A program made the translations under genes and the position numbers. A stretch of DNA of 64,000 nucleotides, taken from contig CAWDXE010000001.1 of assembly GCA_963806185.1 (NCBI GenBank), forward strand, positions 160,001 through 224,000. The letters are read 5' to 3'. Position 1 is the first letter of the stretch. Every line of letters begins with the position of its first letter. Below the pieces are notes generated by a model that was not told where the DNA came from, searched no databases, and saw nothing but the letters and a program-made list of their open reading frames with translations. The stretch is from an uncultured candidate division Zixibacteria bacterium. GTDB taxonomy: Bacteria > Zixibacteria > MSB-5A5 > GN15 > FEB-12. Positions 1 through 11,437 of the stretch are shown in pieces.

Positions 1-2
1 GA

Positions 3-710
3 CTCGAACGCATCAAGGAAAAAGGGCCGATCCTCTCCCAGGTTGCCTATAACTACATTCAATTAAACGACTATTGCGGTGCGATTCCCTACTTCAAGGA
101 AATGATCGCCCTCAATCCCGGCGACACCAGCTCGGTCCCAACGATGCTCAACCTGGCCATATGCTACAACAACTGCAAGCAATTCGATTCCGCCCTGTTG
201 GTCCAGCGCCAGATTCTGGAAATCTCGCCTACCAATACCGACGCCCTCACCGGCATCGGACGCTACTTCAATACTCAGGCCCGGCTCGCCAATGACTCCG
301 TCAATGCCCTGACCGACGAGGCCGGCAAGAAAAAGTGGTCGACCGCACGCGACAACGCCTTTGACTCCTCGAAGGCATATTTCAAAAAGGTCTACGATCT
401 GAAGACCGACGATCAGTTCGCTGCCGAGGAATATGCCCTCGTCTGCGCCCTGCGTTCCGATTACAAATCGGCCGCCGAGGCGTTCAAACGCGCTTCCGAC
501 CTCGATCCGAAAATTGCCGAGAACTGGACCTCCCTTGGTGACTGCTACCTCAACCTCAAGCAGTTCAAGGATGCCATCGTCGCCTATGAGAAGGTAGTCG
601 AGCTGGAACCGTCCAACCGCGAAATCTGGGAACGCCTCAGAGACCTTTACCAGCAGGAGAAGCTGCCGGTCAAGCAGGCCGAAGCCGACAAGAAACTTAA
701 GGAAATCTAA
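3..710 (+). CDS. TPR-repeat protein, 5'-truncated by the window edge
   Basis: Frame is open from position 3. TPR-like helices such as ENWTSLGDCYLNLKQFKDAIVAYEKVVELEP. Confidence 0.85.
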   Translation, partial: LERIKEKGPILSQVAYNYIQLNDYCGAIPYFKEMIALNPGDTSSVPTMLNLAICYNNCKQFDSALLVQRQILEISPTNTDALTGIGRYFNTQARLANDSVNALTDEAGKKKWSTARDNAFDSSKAYFKKVYDLKTDDQFAAEEYALVCALRSDYKSAAEAFKRASDLDPKIAENWTSLGDCYLNLKQFKDAIVAYEKVVELEPSNREIWERLRDLYQQEKLPVKQAEADKKLKEI

Positions 711-731
711 GAACGTGACACTGATCGTTCG

Positions 732-762
732 AAAAAGGCTGGCGTTACGCCGGCCTTTTTTT
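732..762 (+). terminator. Intrinsic terminator, possibly bidirectional
   Basis: AAAAAGGCTGGCG-TTA-CGCCGGCCTTTTTTT: hairpin plus T-run directly after the TPR gene. Confidence 0.8.
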
Positions 763-773
763 ATCGTACCCCT

Positions 774-3168
774 ATGGCCGACAACTCCAGAACCATTCAA
801 GTAGCGATCGCCGGACCGCTCCGTCGCTCGTTTACCTACTCTGTCCCGACCGGAATGCCGATTCCGCACGCCGGTCAGCGAGTAGTCGTCAGCTTCGGCC
901 GCGCGCAAAAAATCGGCTACTCCCTGGGTCCGTGCTCACCGCCCGCCGGCGTCACTCTCAAACCGATCGTGAAATCACTGGACGGCCAGTCACTCTTCCC
1001 TCCCGATCTCCTCAAATTTTGTCTCTGGATGGCCGACTACTACTTCGCCAACCCGGCCGACTGCCTCACCGCCGCTCTTCCACCAGTCCTCAAAGCGGGG
1101 AAAGAACGCGTCTGGCAGTGGACTGTCAACGCGCGGGACATCGCACCATCGTCCATTCACAGCTTGATCCGCGCCGGACGGCGACTAACGCCCAGGACAG
1201 TTCAGAGAATCAACTCCGTCTCCAAAGCACTCTTCTCCGACCTGCAACAAAACGGCGCGATCATCGAAACCCACGCCGAGGCCGACCAGCCCAAACGCCG
1301 CATCCTCGTCGGTTACCAGGCCGTCCGAATCGACGAGTGGCCGACCGGCTTCGCGAAAAAAAAATTCACGCCGCTCCCCTTTGACGGTATCCGCTCACGC
1401 AACGAAATGATCTCCGATCATTGGACATCGCATCATCTTCATTGGGCTGTGAAGGCAGGACTTCTTGAACCGGTCTACGACCAGGCGCACGACGACATTT
1501 TCAGTTTTATCACGCCGCGCAAAGACGTCGACCGCCTCCCCCTTACCGACGAACAACAGGTCGTCATCGACAACGTGAGTACCGCCTTCGGCAAGGGCTT
1601 CTCCACCCTCCTTCTGCACGGCGTTACCGGCTCCGGCAAAACACTGGTGTACTGCCATCTCGCTCGTGAGGTTTTGGCGGCCGGAAAGACGGTGCTTGTG
1701 CTGACTCCCGAAATCACCCTGTCTGGCACGACGCTGGCGTATCTGCGCGGCTTCTTCGGCGACACCGTCACCGTCATTCACTCCGCCATGACCGAACGTG
1801 AACGCCTCGCCAGTTGGGAGGGCATTCGCTCAGGCAAATATCCAATCGTCGTCGGCCCCCGCTCGGCGATCTTCGCCCCGCTCGAAAATCTGGGTTTGAT
1901 CGTCGTCGATGAAGAGCACGACGGCTCGTACAAGCAGGACGAACCCTCGCCCCGCTTCCAAGGGCGCGACGCCGCCATCATGCGCGCAAAATTGAACGGA
2001 ATTCCTGTCCTGCTCGGCTCGGCGTCGCCGTCAGTCGAATCATATCACCACGCCGCCACCGGTCGTTATCAGTTGCTTACTCTGACTCATCGCCCGGCCG
2101 GCGCCACGTTGCCGCGTATCGAAGTCATTGACATGCGCTCCCAGCAGGTGAAAGGCGACCTCCCTTTTCTTTCTCTGAAATTGAAGAAGGCGGTCGAGGA
2201 TCGGCTCCGGCGCGGCGAACAGGCCATTCTCTTCCTCAATCGTCGCGGCTATTCCCCCATGGTAAAATGTGGCGCCTGTGGTTTTGTGCCGCAATGTCCG
2301 CAATGTGAAGTGAACCTGACCTTCCACAAGGCCGGCCGCAAACTGATCTGCCATTACTGTGGCTACCTGCACCAACGGTACGACGCGTGTACCAAGTGCG
2401 GAAGCACCACGGCTCTCTATCTGGGCGCGGGCACTCAGAAGGTCGAGGAGAGCATCCCGCGCCTGTTTGACGGCGCCAAACCGTTGCGCTTCGATTCCGA
2501 CTCCGCCTCCGGCCGCCTCAACGCCCATCGCCTGCTCGATGAATTCGCCCAGCAAAAATTCAACCTCCTGCTCGGCACCCAGATGGTTACCAAGGGACTG
2601 GATCTGCCCGAGGTATCCCTCGTCGGCGTACTATCGGCCGACATGGGCCTCGACATGCCCGATTTCCGCGCTTCAGAGAAGACATTCGCCAAGCTCCTGC
2701 AGGTCGCCGGACGATCCGGCCGCGCCGACAAACCGGGCGAGGTGTTGATCCAGACGTTCTATCCGGAACACCACGTCATCATCGACGCCGAGCATCAGGA
2801 TTACCCTTCGTTTTTTGCGCGGGAAATCAAGAAGCGAGAATTGCACCAGTTCCCGCCTTTCTCTCGCTTGGTGAGAATCCTGCTGAGTGGGAAAGAAGAA
2901 AAGAATCTGGTGAAGGTGACCGCCACGTTCCGTGAGTCACTCGAACGCCGTCTAGGTGATGCCGGCATCACCGCCGAATTGCTCGGCCCCGCGCCCGCGC
3001 CGATGGCGCTGCTCAAGGGATTATTCCGCCGTCATCTGTTGGTGAAAACCCGGCAGATGACCCGCGTGACCAATACACTCACTGAGTGGGAAAATCAGGA
3101 GGCCCGCTTCGGCCTCCCCGCCAACTGTCAAGATTGTCGTCGACGTCGACGCCGACGATATGATGTAA
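774..3168 (+). CDS. priA: Primosomal protein N' (helicase); +1 frameshift near 3126
   Basis: GVTGSGKT Walker A, DEEH box, four CxxC zinc ligands, GTQMVTKGLD and QVAGRSGR. Removing one base near 3126 restores the typical ending VKIVVDVDADDMM* at 3168. The 1048-aa ORF is a read-through artefact. Confidence 0.95.
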
Positions 3169-3176
3169 TCGCTCTC

Positions 3177-4489
3177 CTACCGACCGTGAGTCTCTTTCCT
3201 CTGCTCCTCCGCCGATGCTGTTTCCAATTCGAAAGTAATCAGTCTTGCCCCGCGATTGCGTGTGATGTAACTCCACCCCCACTGGAGAAACACCAGCAGT
3301 CGATTTTCAAACTCGACCAGGTACATCAGATGTACAAACAGCCAGAGCAGCCAGGCCGGATACCCCCAGACTTTGAGCCACCCGAAATCCGCTACCGCCT
3401 TCGCCCGCCCGATCGTCGCCAGCACACCCTTATTGAAATACCGATACGGCTTCACCGGCTGGCCGGCCAGACGATTCTTTATCGCCCGCGCTACATACCG
3501 CCCTTCGGACATTGCCACCGGCGCTATCCCCGGCAGCGGCTGCTTGCCCTGATGCGTGAACAGCGCGAGATCACCGATGACATATATCGACGGCCGCCCC
3601 GGAACCGTCAGATCCGGTTCAACCACTATTCTCCCCGCCCGATCGACATGCGTGTGGCTCACCGCCACCATTCTTCCCAGTTTCGATGCCTGCACGCCCG
3701 CCGCCCACAGCACCGTCTTCGCCTCAATTCGCTGCGCCTTCTCTCCCTGTCCCAGGATCACGCCTTCTTCATCAACCTGCGACGCATACTCGCCCGTGAT
3801 CACCCGCACCCCCATCCGCTCCAGCGCCTCACGTACTTTTCGCGAGAGCAACGGTGGGTAGGTGCCCAAGCAGCCGATCCGATCCTTCGATCAAGAATGA
3901 TCTCTGCATCTCCCGTGTGAATGCGCCGGAAATCCTGCTTGAGCGTCTCAAACGCGATCTCCGCGATCGCCCCGGCCAGCTCGACACCGGTCGGACCGCC
4001 CCCGACTATGACGAAAGTCATGTGCTTCTTCCGCTCGTCCGCTCGTTCAATCCACTCCGCATGCTCAAAAGCATGAAAGATGCGCGACCGTATATCTATC
4101 GCATCCTCGATCGACTTCAGACCGGGTGCGTGGCCGGACCACTCCGGATGACCGAAATAATCGTGCGTCGATCCGGTCGCCAGAACCAGCAGGTCGTACG
4201 ATATATTGGCCGAATCCACCCGCACCGTTTGACGATCCGGATCTATCGACGAAACCTCGCCCATGAGCACGGTGGTATTGTTCTGATGTTTGAGAATATG
4301 TCGAAGCGGCGACGAAATGTCTCCCGGCGATAATCCGCCCGTCGCCACTTGATAGAGCAGAGGTTGGAAAAGATGAAAGTTCCGTCGATCGACAAGTGTC
4401 ACCAGCGCCGGCGCATCTTTCAGGTGCTTGGCCACTTCGATGCCGCCAAAACCTCCCCCGACGATCACGATCTGCGGAACCGACGTCAT
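3177..4489 (-). CDS. ndh: Type II NADH dehydrogenase; two frameshifts at about 3870-3890
   Basis: Two Rossmann motifs (IVIVGGGFGG, IVGGGPTGVELAG) and C-terminal ATIGRAKAVA. RBS AAGGAGGAG. The two ORFs join as IILIEGSDRLLGTYP. Confidence 0.92.
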
Positions 4490-4606
4490 GACTCCTCCTT
4501 GAAAACGCAGCCGACTGTAAAGCGGCCACCTTTGAGTGTTCCCAAAGGTGGCCAACTTATATAACCGCGTCGACGCGGGCTAGTTCATGTATTCTCGATG
4601 CCTGGC

Positions 4607-5272
4607 TTAACCTTGACTTTCAGCCGCTTTCTTCAGCTTGTCGTTGGCAAAGATAGCGATTTCCACACGACGGTTCGCCTGACGGCCGTCAGTCGTCGCG
4701 TTATCCGCAATCGGCTGATCTTCGCCGTATCCCATCGTTGAGAATCTCGTCGGCAACACTTGAAGTCCGCTCAGATAACCCGACACCGACTGCGCCCGAC
4801 GCTGCGACAACGCCAGATTGTGATCGGCCGACCCGGTCGAATCGGTGTGACCTTCGATCAGAATCTTGGTATCCGGATATTTGTTCAATATTGTCGCGAG
4901 CTTTTCCAGATTCGTTTTCGCCTCTGGTCGAAGCTCGGCTTTGTCGATATCGAAGAGAATACCCGAGTCAAACGTTATCTTGATCCCTTCGCCTACGCGC
5001 TCGATCTGCGCACCTTCCAGGTCGGCCCGCATCTCTTCCGCCTGTTTATCCATATAGTTGCCGATGTAGGCACCGGCAACGCCGCCGACCATCGCCCCGA
5101 GAATCGCCCCGGCCGCCGTGTTTCCGGCCTTGTTGCCGATGACGCCACCGAGCACTGCGCCAGCCGTGGCGCCGATTGCCGCACCCTTATCCCGTTTCTT
5201 CCAGTTGCTGCACCCTATGCCCCCGGCTACTACTGCGAGAGCTAGCGTTATGATCAGAACTTTCCGTAGCAT
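4607..5272 (-). CDS. OmpA-family lipoprotein with glycine zipper
   Basis: Lipobox-like GIGC, Gly-zipper, EGHTDSTG, NLALSQRRA and NRRVEI. Confidence 0.93.
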   Translation of the reverse strand: MLRKVLIITLALAVVAGGIGCSNWKKRDKGAAIGATAGAVLGGVIGNKAGNTAAGAILGAMVGGVAGAYIGNYMDKQAEEMRADLEGAQIERVGEGIKITFDSGILFDIDKAELRPEAKTNLEKLATILNKYPDTKILIEGHTDSTGSADHNLALSQRRAQSVSGYLSGLQVLPTRFSTMGYGEDQPIADNATTDGRQANRRVEIAIFANDKLKKAAESQG

Positions 5273-5306
5273 ATTGGTTCTCCTCTGTTACTGTTCAGAC
5301 AGTTTG

Positions 5307-5335
5307 ATTAATGCTCTTACGATAGACTTTGTCAA
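5307..5335 (-). promoter_or_regulatory. Candidate sigma70 promoter for the OmpA gene
   Basis: Minus strand reads TTGACA-17 nt-ATTAAT, ending 35 nt upstream of the ATG. Confidence 0.5.
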
Positions 5336-5492
5336 CCCTAAACGCGAACTGCTCGCCTTCACGAAAGTCTGAGTCCCCCTATTCTCGCTTCTTGTTGACC
5401 GATCGTGTGTGCCCTATTACGTTTAGCGTGAGTGTCCCATTTGGTACACACTGTAAACCAATGACAGAGAGGAAAGTGAGAGGAGCTCGAAC

Positions 5493-5828
5493 ATGCGGTT
5501 TCGCTTTAGCCGTTGTATTGCCATCCAGACGCCTCACCACGATCAGGCTGTCGATTTCTACCACCGCGTGCTCGGGTTTCCCGTGATCGACGTCCAGCCC
5601 GGCTGCACCGAACTCAACGGCGATCCCTATCGAATCTTCATTCAGAAAGGTGAACCCAAGGGGCCGATTCTGGAGTTTCAGGTTGACGACCTGATCGCCG
5701 CCCGCAAAACTCTCGAATCGCACGGCTGCACCGTCATTCGCTGGGAAGGCAAAGGCAAGGACTGTTACATGCGAGACCCCTACGGCCTGGTTTTCAACCT
5801 GTGGGAAGAACCGGCTGCCGCGAAATAA
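5493..5828 (+). CDS. VOC/glyoxalase family protein
   Basis: AVDFYHRVLGF, FQVDDL and YMRDPYGLVFNL. RBS AGGAG. Confidence 0.88.
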   Translation: MRFRFSRCIAIQTPHHDQAVDFYHRVLGFPVIDVQPGCTELNGDPYRIFIQKGEPKGPILEFQVDDLIAARKTLESHGCTVIRWEGKGKDCYMRDPYGLVFNLWEEPAAAK

Positions 5829-5854
5829 CTCTACCGCCGTCGAAAGGCCGTGAC

Positions 5855-6196
5855 ATGGATTACTATCAAATCTGGTGCAATCTCATCGACAGCTCCAAAG
5901 ACCTGCAGTTCGCCCGCGACGTTCGCGCGTATATGGACTATCTGCAGGGCAAAGGTCTGATCGCCCACTACACCCTGACCCGCCGAAAATTCGGCTTCGG
6001 TCCGCAGGAATTGGGCGAGTTCAGTATTACCATCGCCACCGATAACCTCGCCCAGCTCGAGGCTGCGTTTCAGGAAGTGGCAACGCGATCAGGCGACGTT
6101 GAGAAACGTCACCACCCCGTCTACTCCGCCGTCAAGGATTTCCGCTCCGGACTCTATCGCGATTTCCCTGACCAGGTCCGCATCGAAAACAGATGA
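5855..6196 (+). CDS. Conserved hypothetical protein (DUF6614-like)
   Basis: MDYYQIWCNL...TRRKFGFG...GEF...LYRDFPD pattern, recognised from memory of the family. Confidence 0.65.
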   Translation: MDYYQIWCNLIDSSKDLQFARDVRAYMDYLQGKGLIAHYTLTRRKFGFGPQELGEFSITIATDNLAQLEAAFQEVATRSGDVEKRHHPVYSAVKDFRSGLYRDFPDQVRIENR

Positions 6197-6253
6197 TTGA
6201 TTGATTGGCAGAAGGAGGGGGAACGAGAGAGTTCTCGTTCCCCGCTCTGAGCT

Positions 6254-6760
6254 TTAGAAATGAAGACCGATGGTCAGCGGAATGAACGTGGAGCTTGATC
6301 CTTCGGTCGAAATCGACACGAAACGGACTTTGCCGAACCACTTGCCCATATCGGCGCCGGCGCCAAGTGAGAAGAAAATGTCCGAGCTGGACTCACCACC
6401 GTAGCTGGAGAAAGCCATGCCGAGACCACCCAGCAGGAACGGCATCATCTTCTTCGCGGTTGCGTCCGCCGGTGACAGTTTGAACTTGATGTCGCCGCCG
6501 GCCAGGAAGGAACCGAACGATTCGTCAAATTCCGTTCCGAAATGATGATAGGACACAGCCGGACCGACTTCGATCTTCGGTGACAGCGGCCACATCAGCG
6601 TGCCGTCGCCGTGAAATCCCATATTGGCAAAATCACCGAAATCCCCCATCGGCAGTGACAATCCGGCGCCGACATTAATCGAGAACTTGCGTGCGCTTTG
6701 CGCCGACGCAACCGAAGCCACGACCAGCACCAGACCGAGCACTACGAGTACTTTCTTCAT
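6254..6760 (-). CDS. Small outer-membrane beta-barrel protein
   Basis: Signal peptide ending ASA-Q, alternating beta strands, C-terminal aromatic (IGLHF). Confidence 0.8.
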   Translation of the reverse strand: MKKVLVVLGLVLVVASVASAQSARKFSINVGAGLSLPMGDFGDFANMGFHGDGTLMWPLSPKIEVGPAVSYHHFGTEFDESFGSFLAGGDIKFKLSPADATAKKMMPFLLGGLGMAFSSYGGESSSDIFFSLGAGADMGKWFGKVRFVSISTEGSSSTFIPLTIGLHF

Positions 6761-6897
6761 CTTGTCTCTCCTCAGCTAAAATATCCGACTCTCCCGAGCT
6801 GCCCCGGGATTTTCTTTGGTTCAACTTCACCTGCAACTATTGATCAATACGTTGATTATTGCCCGCCAAGCTACGCCCCTAAATCCCTCCGGTCAAT

Positions 6898-6944
6898 AAA
6901 AAAAAATGGCCCGCTTCGGTCCATCTCATATGCCGAAGCGGGCA
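6898..6944 (-). terminator. Intrinsic terminator after the M6 protease gene
   Basis: GCCCGCTTCGG...CCGAAGCGGGC stem followed by a long T-run on the minus strand. Confidence 0.75.
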
Positions 6945-6964
6945 AATAGCCGATTGATGATTGT

Positions 6965-8983
6965 CTATTGACAGGCGGGCAGCGCTTCAAAGGTCACAAA
7001 AAGATTATTAATCAGCGCTGTCAAATCGCCGATATCCGGCGCCTCCGCACTGCCCGCTCCGTCGCAGTTCGACTCCACGGCACAGCAGAGCGGAGTGAAG
7101 GTGATAAAAAGATTGTCTATCAGAGTCGTCAGATCGCCGATGTCAACCCCATCACTCGCGTCGCAATCTACATTGCCCACCGAACTGAGGCAGCAACAGG
7201 CATCCCCGCGACCGTCATCATCCAAATCCGCCTGATCCGGATTGAACACCGTCGGGCAGTTATCCACATTAGCGCAGAAACCGTCCTGATCGGCATCGTT
7301 GTTCGCGTCCAGCACGCACGCATCACATGCGTCGCCAATTCCATCCTCGTCGGTGTCGAGCTGCGACGCGTTAGCCACCGTGGGACAATTATCCACATTG
7401 GCGCAGAATCCGTCGCTGTCGATGTCGTTTTGCGCATCAGTCGGACAAGCGTCGCAGGCATCGGCGATGCCATCGCTGTCGCTATCCACCGTCGGAATGA
7501 ATATGTAGGCGTACAACCGGTCGTTGACCAGCGAATCGACCCGCACGATTACCCCGCTCGGACCGGTGTGGCCATCACTGCTTGGCGTGGTCGTCGGTGA
7601 CAATAGATTCTGCCCCGCTACATCAGGCGAAAACAACGCCCCCTTGCGCGACTCATACGGATACCACCATTGCGCCGAATCTGATACATTCCCGCCGGGA
7701 TTCATCGTGTAGTCGTACCCTGGATTGTAACCCGCATCTACCACCTGAACATGATAAAACGGCTCATCCGGCGTCCCATTGTTCCCCCAGTACGCTACGT
7801 TGTCATCGACATGAGTAATCAACAAGCCGCGATCCAGCGAATCACACCCCAGGTGCAGAAGAGGGTAAAAGTAACAGCTGAAGTCCGAATCCGTCTTGTC
7901 AAACTTGCCTGGCGCACGACGGTTGCGGTACTCCAACAGAAAATACTCCGACCCGTCCGGCCGCAGCGGTATCTTGTACAGTGAGCTGTCCGAATAGGTC
8001 TCGATCTCCTTAAGCGGAAGGGCGGCATACGTCCCGCCGCACAATGTTATCGGCGCCACCCATCCCAGCGCCGCCTTACTCCAACCGCATAGATGCGACG
8101 TTACCGCCGATCGAATCGACAAAACGCCATACCCGCCGTACCCCATGGTGCACCAATCATACAGGGGATGATCGTTATCATCATTGGGCGTGTAGAATGT
8201 GGAGACGACCAGCTTGGAGTCATAGTCATATAAATCCGGCAATCCCAGGTTATGCCCCAGTTCATGAGCAAATACGCGAATGTTGTTGATCACCACCTGG
8301 CCGCTGAATCCGGACGGATTGGTCGCGCTGTGCAACGGAAACATTTCCGGACACGTGTTCCAGGCGTCAACCGTGACCCCGTCGAATGGCCCCACGCCGT
8401 CGCCCGGGCCATACGTCATCGCCGCCGACCAGATGTCTTCGGGGTTGTGAGAGTCTTCCTGTCCGAGCCTTGAGCGAATGAATACGACCGCATCGACCGA
8501 GCCGTCATGATTGCCGTCAAATTGACTGTAATCGATTAGCGGATCGAGCTGATACAGCAACGGCTCGAACTGCCAGATGTTCCTCGTGTACATGCCGTTC
8601 TCTACCCAGTCAATCACCTGCCCCTGAATCACGACACGCCCGTACGAAACTTCGCTGTAATAATCCGCCAGTGAACCATTCGGCCAGACATTCCTCGAAA
8701 AAAGCAGACTGTCGAATCTGGCTTTGGGATACGTACCCTCCCGATCATACCAATCCACCAGAATCGCCAGCACCTTCACCGTATCTCCGGTACGGCGAAC
8801 CGTCGCCATGGCCATACTGTCTTCCCGGGTCAGTGCGGACCCCGGCATTCGGCCAAATTGCGGCACCAGTTCCTCCCGAGGAATATCGAAGATAAGCGCT
8901 TTGGAGATATCGGCCGCAGACACTGCGCCCGAAGCCAGCATCAGTCCGAATAGGACTGCCAGAAAGCGTGACCGGATGAGCAT
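6965..8983 (-). CDS. Secreted M6 (immune inhibitor A-like) metalloprotease with thrombospondin type-3 repeats and a C-terminal dockerin-like domain
   Basis: Signal peptide, HELGHNLGLPDLY zinc motif, EYFLLEYR, DxDxDG..DxCDxC repeats and a duplicated DIGDLTxLI motif. RBS GGAGG before ATG 8983. Confidence 0.9.
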   Translation of the reverse strand: MLIRSRFLAVLFGLMLASGAVSAADISKALIFDIPREELVPQFGRMPGSALTREDSMAMATVRRTGDTVKVLAILVDWYDREGTYPKARFDSLLFSRNVWPNGSLADYYSEVSYGRVVIQGQVIDWVENGMYTRNIWQFEPLLYQLDPLIDYSQFDGNHDGSVDAVVFIRSRLGQEDSHNPEDIWSAAMTYGPGDGVGPFDGVTVDAWNTCPEMFPLHSATNPSGFSGQVVINNIRVFAHELGHNLGLPDLYDYDSKLVVSTFYTPNDDNDHPLYDWCTMGYGGYGVLSIRSAVTSHLCGWSKAALGWVAPITLCGGTYAALPLKEIETYSDSSLYKIPLRPDGSEYFLLEYRNRRAPGKFDKTDSDFSCYFYPLLHLGCDSLDRGLLITHVDDNVAYWGNNGTPDEPFYHVQVVDAGYNPGYDYTMNPGGNVSDSAQWWYPYESRKGALFSPDVAGQNLLSPTTTPSSDGHTGPSGVIVRVDSLVNDRLYAYIFIPTVDSDSDGIADACDACPTDAQNDIDSDGFCANVDNCPTVANASQLDTDEDGIGDACDACVLDANNDADQDGFCANVDNCPTVFNPDQADLDDDGRGDACCCLSSVGNVDCDASDGVDIGDLTTLIDNLFITFTPLCCAVESNCDGAGSAEAPDIGDLTALINNLFVTFEALPACQ

Positions 8984-9137
8984 ATCCACCTCCTGAAATA
9001 CGTCGAAAAGACGGCTGTCGTGAAGTAGTGAGGACCACCTGAAAATAGGACCGACTGCTCTTCTTTCCAAATACTTTCTTCCGCCCCGCCCCCAAGGTTG
9101 CAGTTGACCTCCCGCTCGCCAGTCCCTTTATTTCGCC

Positions 9138-9890
9138 ATGCTGCCACCCGCTCTGTTCGTCACCCTCGCCCGGATGGAATTCCCTGGCGACGCCATTACC
9201 TTTCAAAAATCGGTGCCTACCTTCCATCCCAATAATTCCGACGAGACGGCCCGCTTCCTAAAATTGGCCAACGAGCACAGACAACCCATTTTTGTCACCG
9301 GCTTTGGCAACAATATCGATCCGATTGGCGAACCATTTGTCAATATGACCGCCATCCGCACCGACCGCCTCAATGACCTGATCGAAATCAACCCCGGCGA
9401 CCTCTTCGTCACCGTCGGCGCCGGCTACCCGTTGCGCGAGCTCAATCTCCAACTGGAACGTGAAGGCCTCTTTCTCCCGCACGCCGACCTGCCGTACGTC
9501 GGTTCCGTCGGCGGCGCTGTGGCGGTTAACCTGTCGGCCGATCTCAACGGCCACGATTGGCCAATCAAGAAGTACCTGATCAAGGCCGAGGTGGTCACGC
9601 CGGAGGGTGACATAATCAAACCCGGCTCGGTCTGCTTCAAATCGGTCTCCGGGTACGACGTCGTCAAAATCTTCGCCCCCTCGTGGGGACTGCTCGGACT
9701 GATCGTCAACGCCACCTTCCGCGTCCTGCCGATCACCGCAAAACACGAGTATTCTGCCCTGAAAATGAAAGCAATCGACCGCTTGCACTTTCTGTCCGGC
9801 CTGTCCCCGGAAAACACCGCCGTCGATGCGGTTTACTCGCGCAAAATCAAAGAAAAATTCGACCCGAACGGAATCTTGCCGGTTGTCTGA
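9138..9890 (+). CDS. FAD-binding oxidoreductase (GlcD/GlcE-like FAD_binding_4 domain), short
   Basis: VTVGAG, SVGGAVA, KSVSGYDVVK, SWGLLGLI and KFDPNGIL. Start uncertain (9138 or 9174). Confidence 0.8.
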   Translation: MLPPALFVTLARMEFPGDAITFQKSVPTFHPNNSDETARFLKLANEHRQPIFVTGFGNNIDPIGEPFVNMTAIRTDRLNDLIEINPGDLFVTVGAGYPLRELNLQLEREGLFLPHADLPYVGSVGGAVAVNLSADLNGHDWPIKKYLIKAEVVTPEGDIIKPGSVCFKSVSGYDVVKIFAPSWGLLGLIVNATFRVLPITAKHEYSALKMKAIDRLHFLSGLSPENTAVDAVYSRKIKEKFDPNGILPVV

Positions 9891-9937
9891 GCGGTTGTAG
9901 AGGTTGAATTTGGAAGACGAAGGAGAGGTGACCTCGT

Positions 9938-10325
9938 ATGTCAAACACGCGCGCAGCCAAAGGCTCTACCGTCGCCGTCCTCGGCGCCTCGCCAAAAGAA
10001 GATAGATATTCCTATAAGGCAGTTGTCATGCTCGGTGAACATGGCCACCACCCCATTCCTGTGCACCCGGCAGGACACGCCGTCAACGGTATCCCCGGCA
10101 AAACATCGCTCGACGAGATCACCGGCCCCATCGATACCCTGACTATCTATGTGAACGCCGACATCTCTTCTCTAGGAGTACGACCGGATCATCCGTCTCA
10201 AGCCGCGTCGCGTCATTTTCAACCCCGGTGCGGAAAACGAGGCTCTGGCCGCCAAACTGGAGGCCGCCGGTATTGAGGTCGTCCGCGCCTGCACGCTGGT
10301 TTTGCTGCACACGGGGCAGTTCTAA
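9938..10325 (+). CDS. CoA-binding protein (YccU-like); frameshift near 10172
   Basis: VAVLGASPKEDRYSY. The shifted frame continues RRVIFNPGAENEALAAKLEAAGIEVVRACTLVLLHTGQF*. Confidence 0.88.
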
Positions 10326-10441
10326 GACGGGGATACCCGGTCCCACTCTTGAGGACCGGGACGTATCACGGATTCGAAAGCGGCCCAAACCTTAGTAATC
10401 GCTTTTCTCAAACGCACAGTCGAAATATATTCATCCATTCC

Positions 10442-11437
10442 ATGAATCTCTCGCCCCGCAAAGCCCTGTACGTCTTCCTCGCCATGGTCGTCTTCATTTT
10501 CGCCCAGGCCGTCTGGTGGGTCATCTTTATGGCCCAACTGACCGGCGAAAAAGTCGACATGGCTCGCGAACTCTCCGGCGATCCCGAATTCGTTGCCCGT
10601 ATCCACGACCAGGAAATCCAGCGCCAGATCATGCTCGGCTTCGAGGGCACCTTCTTCCTTCTCGTCTTTCTCGCCGGTATCTGGCTCATTTACCGCTCGC
10701 TCGTGAAAGCCGAAGAACTCAAATTCCATCAGCAGAATTTCCTCATGGCCGTCACTCACGAATTGAAAACGCCCCTCGCTTCCATGCGTATCTATCTCGA
10801 CACGCTCCTGTCGTCAAAAATCGCGCCGGAGAAAAAGGAAGCCATTGTCCCCAAACTGAAAGAGGATGTCGGCCGCCTCGAAAAACTGGTTGAGGATATT
10901 CTCGAGGCAGGCCGCTTCGAACGCAGCGGCTACAAATTGCAGGGAGATAACTTCGATTTCTCAGCCTTGATCGCTGAACGCGCCCGGGCGCTCACCAATC
11001 TGCCCAGCCAGATCACCAAGCATGTCGAGTCTGACATTGAACCGGAGATCATAGTCTGGGGCGACCAGTCCGCCTTGCGGCGGGCCATCGACGCCATCAT
11101 GGAAAACAGCCTGAAGTATCACGATGGCGACCGTATCGACGTCGCCATGACTCTGCGCGCCGACGGCGACAAGGTGCACTTGAAAATTGCCGACAAGGGA
11201 GTCGGCTTCGATCGCAAAGAAGCCCACGCCCTGTTCGAACGATTTTATCGCGCCGGCAGTGAAATGACCCGCCAGGCCCAGGGCAGCGGCCTCGGATTGT
11301 ATCTCTGCCGGGAGATCATCAAGGCTCACGGCGGCACGGTAATCGCCCATTCGGACGGCCACGGCAAAGGAGCCGCCTTTCTCGTAACGCTCAAACGCGG
11401 ATCGAAATATGAAAACAATTCTGCTCGTCGAGGATGA
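10442..11437 (+). CDS. Membrane sensor histidine kinase
   Basis: Two TM helices, THELKTP H-box, N box, DKGVG and GSGLGL. Confidence 0.93.
   Translation: MNLSPRKALYVFLAMVVFIFAQAVWWVIFMAQLTGEKVDMARELSGDPEFVARIHDQEIQRQIMLGFEGTFFLLVFLAGIWLIYRSLVKAEELKFHQQNFLMAVTHELKTPLASMRIYLDTLLSSKIAPEKKEAIVPKLKEDVGRLEKLVEDILEAGRFERSGYKLQGDNFDFSALIAERARALTNLPSQITKHVESDIEPEIIVWGDQSALRRAIDAIMENSLKYHDGDRIDVAMTLRADGDKVHLKIADKGVGFDRKEAHALFERFYRAGSEMTRQAQGSGLGLYLCREIIKAHGGTVIAHSDGHGKGAAFLVTLKRGSKYENNSARRG

Noticed and set aside
3169..3920. PriA C-terminal extension or fusion (1048 aa)
   Set aside because: Read-through caused by a +1 indel; the extension is antisense to ndh.
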